Shown here: positions 21,016 through 30,230 of the stretch, in pieces
Numbering within the stretch: the stretch's first letter is position 1
Layout of the letters: each line of letters starts with the position of its first letter
Assembly (NCBI GenBank): GCA_963674945.2
Contig: CAXXWQ010000004.1
Span: forward strand, 2,336,001 to 2,400,000
DNA: 64,000 nucleotides
Direction of reading: 5' to 3'
Source: an uncultured Desulfosarcina sp.
GTDB lineage: Bacteria; Desulfobacterota; Desulfobacteria; Desulfobacterales; Desulfosarcinaceae
The notes under the pieces: generated by a model
What the model was told of the DNA's origin: nothing
The model's input: only the letters and a program-made list of their open reading frames with translations
Databases searched by the model: none
Program-made: the position numbers and the translations under genes

Positions 21016-22233
21016 GTGAACCCGTCCCATTTTCTGTCCATCATTTTCAACCGTCGCATGGTGGTATCCCTGATCATGGGGTTTTCATGCGGTCTCCCCC
21101 TTCCCCTTACAGGAGGTGTGCTTCAGGCGTGGATGCGTGAATCCGGAGTGGACCTGACCACCATCGGTCTCATGTCCCTGGTCGGGTTGCCCTATGCCCT
21201 CAAGTTTTTATGGTCGCCCGTATTCGACCGATATGCATTGCCTGTACTGGGGCGGCGCCGGGGCTGGCTCCTCATTTCCCAACTCACCCTGATGGCGGCC
21301 CTGGTATGGCTGGGACACAATGATCCGGTGGTCTACCCCCAACTGCTGGCGCTGTCGGCACTGGCCGTTACCCTATTCAGTGCCTCCCAGGATATCGTGG
21401 TGGATGCCTATCGGCGGGAAGATCTCCCGGACCGGGAACTGGGACTGGGATCCGCTCTTTACATCAACGGTTACCGTGTGGGCATGCTGCTGGCGTCCGG
21501 GGGAGGGCTGATTCTTGCGGATCACCTGCCCTTTTCCATGGTCTACGTCATCATGGCCCTTTGCATGGCCCCCGGTCTCGTTACCACTGTTTTGACACCC
21601 GAGCCAGAGGTATCGTCGATTCCCGTTTCCCTGTCGGCGGCCGTTATCGATCCCTTGAAAGAGTATTTCCAGCGGGCGGGCGCGGTCTGGATACTGGTAT
21701 TTATTCTGATGTACAAGATCGGAGATACCATGGCCGCTGCCATGACGATGCCATTTTACCTGGACGTGGGATTTACCATGACCCAGATCGGCGCCGTCGT
21801 TAAAATATTTGCATTCTGGGCCACCGTCGTGGGAAGCATCTTCGGCGGAATCGTCATGCTCCGGTTGGGGATATTCCGCAGCCTGTGGATCTTCGGTATT
21901 CTCCAGATGCTTTCCACGGCGGGTTTCGCCTTGCTCTTCATGGCCGGACCGAATCTGACGATGCTGTCTGCCGTGATCGCCTTCGAGAACCTGAGTGCCG
22001 GAATGGGTACATCGGCCTACGCCGCATACATGGCGAGCATCACGGACAAACGGTTCACCGCCACCCAGTATGCCCTGCTTTCGAGCCTCATGGGAGTTCC
22101 CCGCGTGCTGGCGTCGGCCCCAACGGGGTACCTTGCCACCCATATGGGATGGGTCGGTTTTTTTATTTTCTGCACCCTCATGGCCATTCCCGGATTGGCG
22201 CTGCTCTTACGCATCCGAACCGCATCCCAGTAA
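21016..22233 (+). CDS. ampG: AmpG-family muropeptide MFS transporter
   Basis: GFSCGLP, LPYALKFLWSP, GRRRGW, SASQDIVVDAYRRE, FTATQYALLSSL. Confidence 0.92.
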   Translation: MNPSHFLSIIFNRRMVVSLIMGFSCGLPLPLTGGVLQAWMRESGVDLTTIGLMSLVGLPYALKFLWSPVFDRYALPVLGRRRGWLLISQLTLMAALVWLGHNDPVVYPQLLALSALAVTLFSASQDIVVDAYRREDLPDRELGLGSALYINGYRVGMLLASGGGLILADHLPFSMVYVIMALCMAPGLVTTVLTPEPEVSSIPVSLSAAVIDPLKEYFQRAGAVWILVFILMYKIGDTMAAAMTMPFYLDVGFTMTQIGAVVKIFAFWATVVGSIFGGIVMLRLGIFRSLWIFGILQMLSTAGFALLFMAGPNLTMLSAVIAFENLSAGMGTSAYAAYMASITDKRFTATQYALLSSLMGVPRVLASAPTGYLATHMGWVGFFIFCTLMAIPGLALLLRIRTASQ

Positions 22234-22406
22234 TTATTGCCTATCCAGCCTCCTTGTTTTTTTGTTTATTTTGATTATGATGAAGCACGTCGGGCCAATT
22301 GGTTCGACAACCGATGACTTGGTAACCAACTTGTACCTGCACGTTCGTCCGGGAATTGGACATTTCTGGATGAGCGCTTTTTGCATTATCAAAGGAAAAA
22401 AGTCTC

Positions 22407-24155
22407 TTGACACGCCCTCAAAAGCCCCCTATCGGACATGCCGAACGCGTACGCCAACTGGCACAGACGCGACGGCGCATCCTTTCCGGACCGGCAGAAC
22501 AGGCCATGTCCATCATCCTAGACCATCCGCAGCCGGCGGCGCTGGTTCACAGCTTTTCCGAACAGGATTTGCATTTTCTGATCCATGATATCGGCATAGC
22601 AGAGGCCGGTTCCCTGATCGCCTTGGCGTCAAACCGCCAATGGGAATACATGCTGGACATGGAGGTCTGGCGCAAAGACCGAATGGATTTCGCGCGCTCG
22701 ACCGAATGGCTGGGCATTCTTCTCCAGGCTGATCCGGATCGGCTGGTTCGGTGGTGCTTCGATGAAAAGATCGAATTTGTTGAGTATTTTCTGTTTCGGA
22801 ACATCGAGCTTCGAATCCGGGAACACGATCAGTCGCCTTCGGATTTCGGAGAGGGGTTTTTTACCGATGACGATGTCTTTTACGTCCGCTTCGTGGACTA
22901 TCCCGTGACCACCCCCGGGGAAAAGGCGGTGAAAGAGCGTCGAAACAAGATGCTGTTGGAACTTTTGCGCCGCCTGTCCATTTACGATCATCCACGCTAC
23001 CAGGGGCTCTTGCTGGAAGCCATGGGCACGATTCCCGCCGAAACGGAAGAGGAATTGTATCGGTTTCGCAACGTCCGCTTGGGGGAAAAAGGATTTTTGC
23101 CGTTTGACGAAGCAATCGGCGTCTATCAACCGTTACAACCGGAAGAACTCGAGGGCCGAAAGAAAAAAAGCATCCACCCGGCGGCTGAAGTGGACGACTC
23201 TTTTCCGGTACCGCAGTTCACCGCCTCCTTTCTGGAAGGCGATAACCTTTTCATACGGGCGATCAAGAAACTTTCCGGCGATCACGGGATCCAGCATCTC
23301 CAAGCGGAACTGGCCGGCCTTTGCAACCAGGTCATATCCGCCGACCAGATCATCATCCAAAACCGTGATCAACTCCAGGAGGTGGTTTCCAAGGTGAGCG
23401 GCTATTTGAGCATCGGACTGGCGCGATTGATTCCCGATCAGACTGAAAACCGGGAAACCGAAGCATCCCGTCTGCTTCAACTGCATATGCTGTCCGACCT
23501 TTTTCGAACCGGGTTTGCCGATGCCCTTTCACTCAAATGGAAGGCCGTTCGGTGGCACAAAGAGAGCTGGTGCAAAGCCCAGCAGCTGGAGTTGACGTTC
23601 TGGGATCAATCGTTTTTTGGGCTTCTTGGTGGACTATTGATAAAAACCCCGAAATTTTACGATCCGCAACGACCCGAATCCCACTACCGTGAATTTCATA
23701 CACTGGAGGAAATCAGCGCAACCCATGGACAATTGGAGCAGATCATGGCGCTGGATAGACTGCTGGGGGACATGGATATTATCGTTTCTCCTACCGCCGG
23801 ACAACGATTGATCACCTATAAAAACCTGCTGCTCACCTTATGGGCCAGGTATCGATTGAAATTGCCGTCTGAGAACGAGCAGATGGGGACACTTTCGATT
23901 TCACGATCGGCTTTCGGTAAATTTTACGCCGAACTCTGGACCGACGGGAAAGATCACCGCATTATCGGCGACGACAAGAAGAACGATTTTTTAATGTGGG
24001 CCGCCGAAGCCTCGAAAACTGATCACGGGCAGTTGTCCGACCGGCTTGGCACCGTATTCGAGGCCCTCTTCGACGAAATTGAACGTGAACTGGCAACGGT
24101 GCGAGCCGGCAACCTGGATCCACGTTTCGTCAGCCTTTTTCTTTTGAAACCGTAA
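22407..24155 (+). CDS. Conserved deltaproteobacterial protein (DUF6178-like)
   Basis: 582 aa. LDMEVW, ETEEELYRFRNVRLGEKGFLPFDEA resemble this family as recalled. Start uncertain. Confidence 0.65.
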   Translation: MTRPQKPPIGHAERVRQLAQTRRRILSGPAEQAMSIILDHPQPAALVHSFSEQDLHFLIHDIGIAEAGSLIALASNRQWEYMLDMEVWRKDRMDFARSTEWLGILLQADPDRLVRWCFDEKIEFVEYFLFRNIELRIREHDQSPSDFGEGFFTDDDVFYVRFVDYPVTTPGEKAVKERRNKMLLELLRRLSIYDHPRYQGLLLEAMGTIPAETEEELYRFRNVRLGEKGFLPFDEAIGVYQPLQPEELEGRKKKSIHPAAEVDDSFPVPQFTASFLEGDNLFIRAIKKLSGDHGIQHLQAELAGLCNQVISADQIIIQNRDQLQEVVSKVSGYLSIGLARLIPDQTENRETEASRLLQLHMLSDLFRTGFADALSLKWKAVRWHKESWCKAQQLELTFWDQSFFGLLGGLLIKTPKFYDPQRPESHYREFHTLEEISATHGQLEQIMALDRLLGDMDIIVSPTAGQRLITYKNLLLTLWARYRLKLPSENEQMGTLSISRSAFGKFYAELWTDGKDHRIIGDDKKNDFLMWAAEASKTDHGQLSDRLGTVFEALFDEIERELATVRAGNLDPRFVSLFLLKP

Positions 24156-24203
24156 AAACAAGTTTCTTCTTGTGGTTGTCTGGCCATGTGCGGCCAGAGC
24201 GAG

Positions 24204-24220
24204 CTTTTTACGAATCCGTC
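24204..24220. repeat. Solo right arm of the MITE-like family
   Basis: CTTTTTACGAATCCGTC, 16/17 identical to the right end of copy B. Confidence 0.55.
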
Positions 24221-24300
24221 AAGTTTGGGTTTAGAAATCTTGGCAGGGCGATGCCCTCTGGCATCATTGAAACAGAAAAGGAGGGGCAGGTGTTGATAAG

Positions 24301-24465
24301 TCAGGAATCGTGGGATTCGGTTGATAAACGCGGCCGGCGGCGATCCTGTCCGCTACGGCGTTCTTCACCGCTCCTGCGTTCGGGAATGTGAACGGCATAA
24401 ATAAATTGTCGGCGGTCAAACCCGGATCGTCTTCCACCATTATCGTTTGCTGCGACGGCATTCAT
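24301..24465 (-). CDS. Small (D/E)RR-repeat protein, 54 aa (below the ORF-track cutoff)
   Basis: Manual translation MNAVAANDNGGRRSGFDRRQFIYAVHIPERRSGEERRSGQDRRRPRLSTESHDS. Periodic RRSG/DRR motifs and an AT-rich upstream region. Confidence 0.75.
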   Translation of the reverse strand: MNAVAANDNGGRRSGFDRRQFIYAVHIPERRSGEERRSGQDRRRPRLSTESHDS

Positions 24466-24792
24466 ATTGATTCGGCGCATCCTCGTTTGTCATGGAGATG
24501 ATCCCATCCCCATGAATCGTTTTCAGATTCGGAAAATGTAACAGAGAGCCGGAAAAGACCGATCAAAACATTCTTACATGCAAAAACCGAGCTACCTGTA
24601 ATAAAAAATTTTTTATCTTCTAAGTTCAGGCAGATATATTATTAACAATATCCGTTCTTAAAAGGAAATAGGAAATAAATGAAACGAATTATAGGAAAAT
24701 CATTCTATATAGGAATTTTTTTCTTTACCGGCCCTGTTCCCATTCGGGGTGCGTGTCCCGACACGCCAAACCGTCACCATTTTTCCTGCGAT

Positions 24793-25512
24793 TCATGTCT
24801 CATGGTCGAATAAATATCCAACCGAACGAAGACTCTTGAAAAATATGGGATTTTTTGGATCCGGCTCAAAGTATTTGCGGAACCGGACGATGAAATTATC
24901 CACTGTGCGGGTCGTTGTTTTCCTTGAATACCCCCATCCGATCTGCAGTAGCTTCTCACGGGAAAGGGGCTTGCCGCGATTGGCGATGAACATTTTAAGG
25001 ACCTTGCATTCCTGCTCGGTCAGTGCGACCGTCCCCTTTCGGCACAGGGCCGTGTAGGTGACAAAGTCGATACGGTTATCCCCGAATCGATAGGTTCGAA
25101 TTGTGGGAAAAGTCGCCTCTCCCCCGTTTCGATTCCAGCTGTCGCGTTTGAGCAGCCGTTCTACCCGAAGGATGAGCTCTTCGAGGTTGAATGGTTTGGA
25201 AAGGTAATCATCCCCCCCGAAAGTGAGTCCCTTGACACGGTCATCGGGATCGCCCTTTGCCGACAGGATCAAAATGGGTAGACGCTCATCTTCCAACCGG
25301 ATATTTTGAAGAATGGACAGACCATCGATGCCCGGCAGCATGATGTCCAGAATCACGAGATCCGGATTCATCTCTTTCCACTTGTTCAACCCCGCCACAC
25401 CGTCGGTCGCAACGGCGACCCCATACCCCTGGAGTTCGAGGTTTAGCTGGATGCCCTCGGCGATATGGCTATCGTCTTCGATGATGAGAATTCGCTTTTT
25501 CGAGGATTCCAC
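24793..25512 (-). CDS. OmpR/PhoB-family response regulator
   Basis: IIEDD, DLVILDIMLPGIDG, DDYLSKPF, wHTH with TRTVDNFI and LRSVGY. Confidence 0.95.
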   Translation of the reverse strand: MESSKKRILIIEDDSHIAEGIQLNLELQGYGVAVATDGVAGLNKWKEMNPDLVILDIMLPGIDGLSILQNIRLEDERLPILILSAKGDPDDRVKGLTFGGDDYLSKPFNLEELILRVERLLKRDSWNRNGGEATFPTIRTYRFGDNRIDFVTYTALCRKGTVALTEQECKVLKMFIANRGKPLSREKLLQIGWGYSRKTTTRTVDNFIVRFRKYFEPDPKNPIFFKSLRSVGYLFDHET

Positions 25513-25548
25513 AATGGCCTCTCCTTTGTAAAGGCCCTTTCATGCATA

Positions 25549-26502
25549 TCAGGTCAGGGCCGGTAGAACCAGCGTGAACGTGGACCCCCGGTCGCGTCCG
25601 GGGCTTTCGGCCACGACCCGTCCTTTGTGCAGCCGTGCGATGTGTTCCACCAGATGCAGTCCCAGTCCACTACCCTTTGCCGTCATGTTGTCCGATCGAC
25701 CGATCTGATAAAACTTGCGGAAAATCTTTTTCATCTCTTTTTTTTCGAAGCCGATGCCGTTGTCCGAAAATCGAAGATGCGTATGCCGATTTTTGGGCTC
25801 AATGAAAATGTCTATTTCCGGAACCGCAGCGGCGTTGTATTTTATGGCATTGGTCAAGATGTTCATCAGCAACATCTCGAACAGGTGTCGATTGATCCGA
25901 TTGTATATCTTCGCGTTTTCCTGGCAGTGGACGACAATTCTGCACTTTTCGAACAGATGAGCATTGTCCTTGACAAATTGCCGGACCACATTGACGACAT
26001 CGCAAACGACAAACTCGCCCATGTAGCTTCGGCTTTCCAATCTGGCCAGGTTCAGCATCCGGTTGATATTTTCCGTCAGTCGATTCACATCGGAAAGCAT
26101 GTATTGAATATACTTGAGTTGATTCTCCCGGGGCAGATCGTGCTTGGAAAAAGTCTGCAGATAAAGTTGCAGGGAGGTCACCGGCGTCTTCAGCTCATGG
26201 GTGAAATTGTTGATGAAATTGTTTTGCAGGCGATAAAGTTGCATCGTCTTTTGGCTGAATACAAAAATGATGAAGATTCCCAGGAAGATGGTCCCGATCA
26301 ACAGGGAAAGAACGAGGATTACCAGCCAGGTGTCGGCAGACTGTATCTGCTTTTGTTCCAGGTTGAACCGCTCCATTGCCGACCGAAGAACGCTGCTGGC
26401 CTCAATGTACCAGTAGATGTAAAGAAAAAGAGAGACCACCAGAGCCGTAACAGATAAAACAAACACCAAAATGGGATGAAAAAGCCACTTCACCTGCCTC
26501 AT
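25549..26502 (-). CDS. Membrane sensor histidine kinase
   Basis: Two TM helices, H-box FTHELKTP, NAIKY, DNGIG, GSGLGL. Confidence 0.95.
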   Translation of the reverse strand: MRQVKWLFHPILVFVLSVTALVVSLFLYIYWYIEASSVLRSAMERFNLEQKQIQSADTWLVILVLSLLIGTIFLGIFIIFVFSQKTMQLYRLQNNFINNFTHELKTPVTSLQLYLQTFSKHDLPRENQLKYIQYMLSDVNRLTENINRMLNLARLESRSYMGEFVVCDVVNVVRQFVKDNAHLFEKCRIVVHCQENAKIYNRINRHLFEMLLMNILTNAIKYNAAAVPEIDIFIEPKNRHTHLRFSDNGIGFEKKEMKKIFRKFYQIGRSDNMTAKGSGLGLHLVEHIARLHKGRVVAESPGRDRGSTFTLVLPALT

Positions 26503-26682
26503 GGGACGCCGTCACTCCTTTGATCCCGCCGTAACCAATACGGGGATTGAACAAACGATTTCTTCAATTGGATCCGCCAATTACGGGGAATTTGGAAAAA
26601 GGATCGTAAGGGGCAATTGGTGTGAACCATTTTACCGGCTTTCTCCTTGTATTTCAATTCAATGGTGCACGAACAAAACAAA

Positions 26683-26731
26683 ATTGATGGTCCCGTAGAA
26701 AGTCGCTGTTCGGACGGACTCGTAAAAAATT
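26683..26731 (+). repeat. Double-arm end fragment of the MITE-like family
   Basis: ATTGATGGTCCCGTAGAAAGTCGCTGTTCGGACGGACTCGTAAAAAATT; inverted homolog at 14345-14392. Confidence 0.65.
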
Positions 26732-26735
26732 GGAC

Positions 26736-26764
26736 TTGACCCTTTCCCCGGGCCATACCATAAT
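26736..26764 (+). promoter_or_regulatory. Sigma-70-type promoter upstream of the two-hairpin repeat and dodecin
   Basis: TTGACC-N17-CATAAT. Confidence 0.55.
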
Positions 26765-26789
26765 GAGCCTTACTCACTGGCTATTTTGG

Positions 26790-26862
26790 GTTGTTTTAAA
26801 ACCGGGTGCCATGCACCCGGCTACAACCGCAACGATTAAAACACTGACGTGTTTTTGACTCG
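26790..26862. repeat. Two-hairpin REP-like or structured-RNA repeat, copy 2
   Basis: Perfect stems CCGGGTGC-cat-GCACCCGG and AAAACAC-tgac-GTGTTTT. The minus strand reads GTAG directly before the first palindrome. Confidence 0.7.
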
Positions 26863-27075
26863 CACGCCTTGCATATCGAAATCGTCGATAATCGCCGCCC
26901 TGTTATTATTGCTGTAAATCGCCCTCGTTGAATCACTGCCCTTTCGCAAAGCGACCGCTCTTTGTTCAGACCGAAAAACCTGGGTCTCTGGGCCATGTCC
27001 GAAAGAAGTGACCCGGTACGCATGTATTTTTCTTCATTCGTCCAATCCGAGAAACCATCAACAAAGGAGGAAAAA

Positions 27076-27288
27076 ATGAGCGAAAGTGTCTACAAAGTCA
27101 TCGAGTTGGTTGGAACCAGTGCCACATCATGGGAGGACGCGGCCAAAAACGCCGTGGAAACAGCGGGGAAATCCTTGAAGGATCTAAGGGTGGCGGAAAT
27201 ATCCAAATTGGACATGAAGGTTGAAGATGGAAAGGTCACCGCATATCGTGCACGCGTGAACCTTTCATTCAAATACGCCTCGGAATAG
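27076..27288 (+). CDS. Dodecin-family flavin-binding protein
   Basis: SVYKVIELVGTSATSWEDAAKNAV...SFKY. AAGGAGG RBS before ATG 27076. Confidence 0.93.
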   Translation: MSESVYKVIELVGTSATSWEDAAKNAVETAGKSLKDLRVAEISKLDMKVEDGKVTAYRARVNLSFKYASE

Positions 27289-27306
27289 TTCCGGATTCGT
27301 AAAAAG

Positions 27307-27350
27307 ATGCCCATCCGGCAAATGGATAACAATCCTGTCCGGATGGGCAT
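27307..27350. terminator. Hairpin between convergent dodecin and htpG
   Basis: 12-bp perfect arms ATGCCCATCCGG / CCGGATGGGCAT. The A-run on the left gives a U-tail on the minus strand. Confidence 0.7.
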
Positions 27351-27366
27351 ATTCCATCGTCGGCGT

Positions 27367-29301
27367 TTACGCCATGGCCTTGGCCATCAGCTCTCCAACC
27401 ATTTTTGAAAAGCGGGTCGGGTTGTCCAGCTTTCCCCCCTCCCCTACCACCGCCATGTCAAACAGAAGCTGGCTGTAATCTTTAATCGTGGGATTATCCC
27501 GGTCGTTTTCGAATATGGTCTTGATCTTTTCCAGTACCGGATGATCCATGTTCAATTCGAGTACTCGTTTGGATTCGGGAATTTTTTGTCCGGATGCCTT
27601 GAGCAGTTTTTCCATGTAGGCACTCGTATCCCAGTCCTCTCCGGAAAGACAGGATACGGAGTCCTTGAGTCGCGACGAGGGTTTGACCTCCTTGATTCTG
27701 TCCTCCAGGTGCCCCTTGATGAAGCCGAAGAGGGCATTGAACTCCTCTTTCTTGGCATCGTCCACGGCATCCAGTCCCAGATCGCCCTTTTCGGCGCTTT
27801 TCAAGGGTTTTCCATCATACTCGGTCAAAGATTGTACCACCCATTCATCCACCGGATCCGTCATCAAAAGGACCTCGTAATCCTTCTCCTTCAGCTTTTC
27901 CAGATGCGGGCTGTTGAGAAGTGCGGAAAGCTTATCGCCCGTGATGTAATAGATCTCCTTCTGGTCGGCCTTCATGTTTTTTACATAGTCGTCCAAAGAG
28001 ACCCATTTGTCCTCGGATTTGGTGGTCTTGTAACGGGCCAGGGGTGCAATCTTATCCTTGCTGGCAGGATCGGTGTAGATTCCCTCTTTCAAAACGGCAC
28101 CGAATTCATCGTAGAAGGTGTTGTATTTCTCCGGCTCCATTTTGGCCAGCAGGTCAAAAATCTTTTTCACCAGGTTCTTCCGGATGTTCAGCACCAACCG
28201 ATCCTGCTGCAAAATCTCGCGACTGACATTCAGGTTCAGATCCGATGCATCCACGACCCCCTTGATGAAGCGGAAGAATTCGGGCATTAACTCCTTGCAG
28301 TCGTCCATGATGAAAATCCGCTTGGAGTAAAGCTGGATGCCGTGACGGCGGTCGTGACTGAACAGGTCGAAGGGCGCCTTGGATGGAACAAAGAGCAGGA
28401 CCTCGTATTCGGTTGTGCCTTCGAACCTGAGATGAAGCCGCTCCAAAGGGGGATTCCAGTCATGACTCACATGCTTGTAGAACTCTTCGTACTCCTCATC
28501 CTCGACCTCGCTGGGATTGCGGGTCCAGATGGCCTTCATGGAGTTTAGGGTCTCTTCGCGCATTTCCTTTCGCGTCGTCGCCCCGATGGGCTTTCCATCC
28601 TTGTCCTTGATGATCTCCTCATCGGGCAGCGGTTCGTCCCGCTCCACCTCCATGGTGATGGGGTAATTGACGAAATCGGAGTGCTGTTTGACGATGCCGC
28701 GAATGGTCCACTCGTCGGTCCAGTCCTTTTCATCCTTTTCTTTTTTCTTGAGTTCGAGGGTGATGGTCGTGCCCCGGGTGGCCTTCTCGGTGGATTCGAT
28801 GGTGTACGAACCGTCTCCGCTGGAAACCCACTTTACCGCCTGGTCGGCATCTGCTCCGGCGGCACGGGTCACCAATGTGATCCTGTCGGCCACCATGAAG
28901 GCACTGTAAAAGCCCACACCGAACTGCCCGATCAGTTCCGGAATCAGGGATTCCTGTCCCTTGGCGGCTTCCAGGGCCTCCATGAAAGCAGCGGTTCCAC
29001 TTTTGGCTATGGTTCCGATGTTTTCCAGCACCTCTTCCCGTGTCATGCCGATTCCGTTGTCGGAAATTTCGAAGGTCTGCTTGATGCCGTCCGGTTTCAG
29101 GTGGATCTTAAATTCCGTGTCGTTTCCCAGGATCCCCGGCTCGGTTTCCGCCTTGTACCGTACCTTGTCGATGGCGTCCGACGCGTTTGAAATCAACTCC
29201 CGCAAAAAGATATCCTTGTTCGAGTAAAGGGAGTTGATAATGAGGTTAAGTACCTGCTGAACTTCGGTCTTGAACTGAAAGGTCTCCTGCTTTGCTTCCA
29301 T
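27367..29301 (-). CDS. htpG: Molecular chaperone Hsp90
   Basis: [48 protein letters not shown] before ATG 29301. Confidence 0.97.
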   Translation of the reverse strand: MEAKQETFQFKTEVQQVLNLIINSLYSNKDIFLRELISNASDAIDKVRYKAETEPGILGNDTEFKIHLKPDGIKQTFEISDNGIGMTREEVLENIGTIAKSGTAAFMEALEAAKGQESLIPELIGQFGVGFYSAFMVADRITLVTRAAGADADQAVKWVSSGDGSYTIESTEKATRGTTITLELKKKEKDEKDWTDEWTIRGIVKQHSDFVNYPITMEVERDEPLPDEEIIKDKDGKPIGATTRKEMREETLNSMKAIWTRNPSEVEDEEYEEFYKHVSHDWNPPLERLHLRFEGTTEYEVLLFVPSKAPFDLFSHDRRHGIQLYSKRIFIMDDCKELMPEFFRFIKGVVDASDLNLNVSREILQQDRLVLNIRKNLVKKIFDLLAKMEPEKYNTFYDEFGAVLKEGIYTDPASKDKIAPLARYKTTKSEDKWVSLDDYVKNMKADQKEIYYITGDKLSALLNSPHLEKLKEKDYEVLLMTDPVDEWVVQSLTEYDGKPLKSAEKGDLGLDAVDDAKKEEFNALFGFIKGHLEDRIKEVKPSSRLKDSVSCLSGEDWDTSAYMEKLLKASGQKIPESKRVLELNMDHPVLEKIKTIFENDRDNPTIKDYSQLLFDMAVVGEGGKLDNPTRFSKMVGELMAKAMA

Positions 29302-29372
29302 GGGCTCTCCTGAACGCTCCTTTATGTTCTTTTTGTCAATGGTTATAGTACGTTCGACAACGAGGATGAACA

Positions 29373-29401
29373 ATAATGGGTGCGATTTCCCATTTGTCAA
29401 G
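29373..29401 (-). promoter_or_regulatory. Putative RpoH (sigma-32)-like promoter of htpG
   Basis: Minus strand CTTGAC-N15-CCCATTAT upstream of a heat-shock gene. Confidence 0.5.
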
Positions 29402-29823
29402 GCGCCGCACCTAGCTTGGGTTGACAAAAAAGCCGCAACCATTTACAAAATGATCGAAAGAAAGATCTGACTTGCCCCGCCAATGGATGTTTGGGAAAAA
29501 AAATACCATTCAACGTCCAGACAGTTCAAAATCCGAAACTCAAATTTCTTATATAATTACAGACGTTTTTGTCATGCTGGGAAAATAATCGGATGCGGGT
29601 TCAAAATTTTGAACTCTGGTAAAAAATCATATTTATCTAAATTTAACAGATGGTTATTTTGTTTTCGGGAAATTATGGATTCACAATCGTGAACTTTTTT
29701 TCATGATTGCCCGTACGCGTCCACGAGACACATGGCGTCGGCCCCCATCCAATTATCTCTTATCCACCTTGATTCATTAGATATATTCTCGAATATCCTA
29801 ATTTCAACGAAAGTACGGCGCCG

Positions 29824-29840
29824 TTGGCAAGATATTTGCT
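29824..29840 (+). promoter_or_regulatory. Sigma-54 -24/-12 promoter
   Basis: TTGGCAAGATATTTGCT with exact GG-N10-GC spacing. Confidence 0.7.
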
Positions 29841-29850
29841 TTTTAATCTG

Positions 29851-29926
29851 GTAACCTAATAATTTTTCATCTGTTCTCCTCCTTAACGGTTAATCGGCGT
29901 CATCCCGATTGACCGTTTCCTTTTTG
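29851..29926 (+). ncRNA. Candidate sigma-54-dependent small RNA
   Basis: Starts about 12 nt after the -12 box, contains TCTCCTCCTT, and ends in a 13-bp hairpin (29885-29917, one G-U pair) followed by TCCTTTTT. Confidence 0.4.
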
Positions 29927-30230
29927 CCCAACCGTAAATGAAATTGCAAATTTTTTCCCGGCACGATAAATTGACCGTGTCAGTACATGGAGCGATCCAT
30001 TCTCTTTCCTTGTGCGTCTCCAATGCTGTTCCATAACCTGTGATCCAGTGAATCGTAAGGATGGCTCCATCGATAAGGGGCAGACTGCGTTTCTCGTTCC
30101 ATTGCTCCTTTTTTCCAAAAACCCCATAGATCATGCGCAAAAACCGTTCGGTGTATTCTTGTCCCGCACCATCGGTAAATTGATGAACTCTTAAAAGACG
30201 GATTTGCTGCAATTGAACAGGAGGTTTTTT

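Noticed and set aside
24264..24461. 65-aa minus-strand ORF in the track
   Set aside because: The overlapping frame 24301-24465 has a patterned motif and is the more credible gene.
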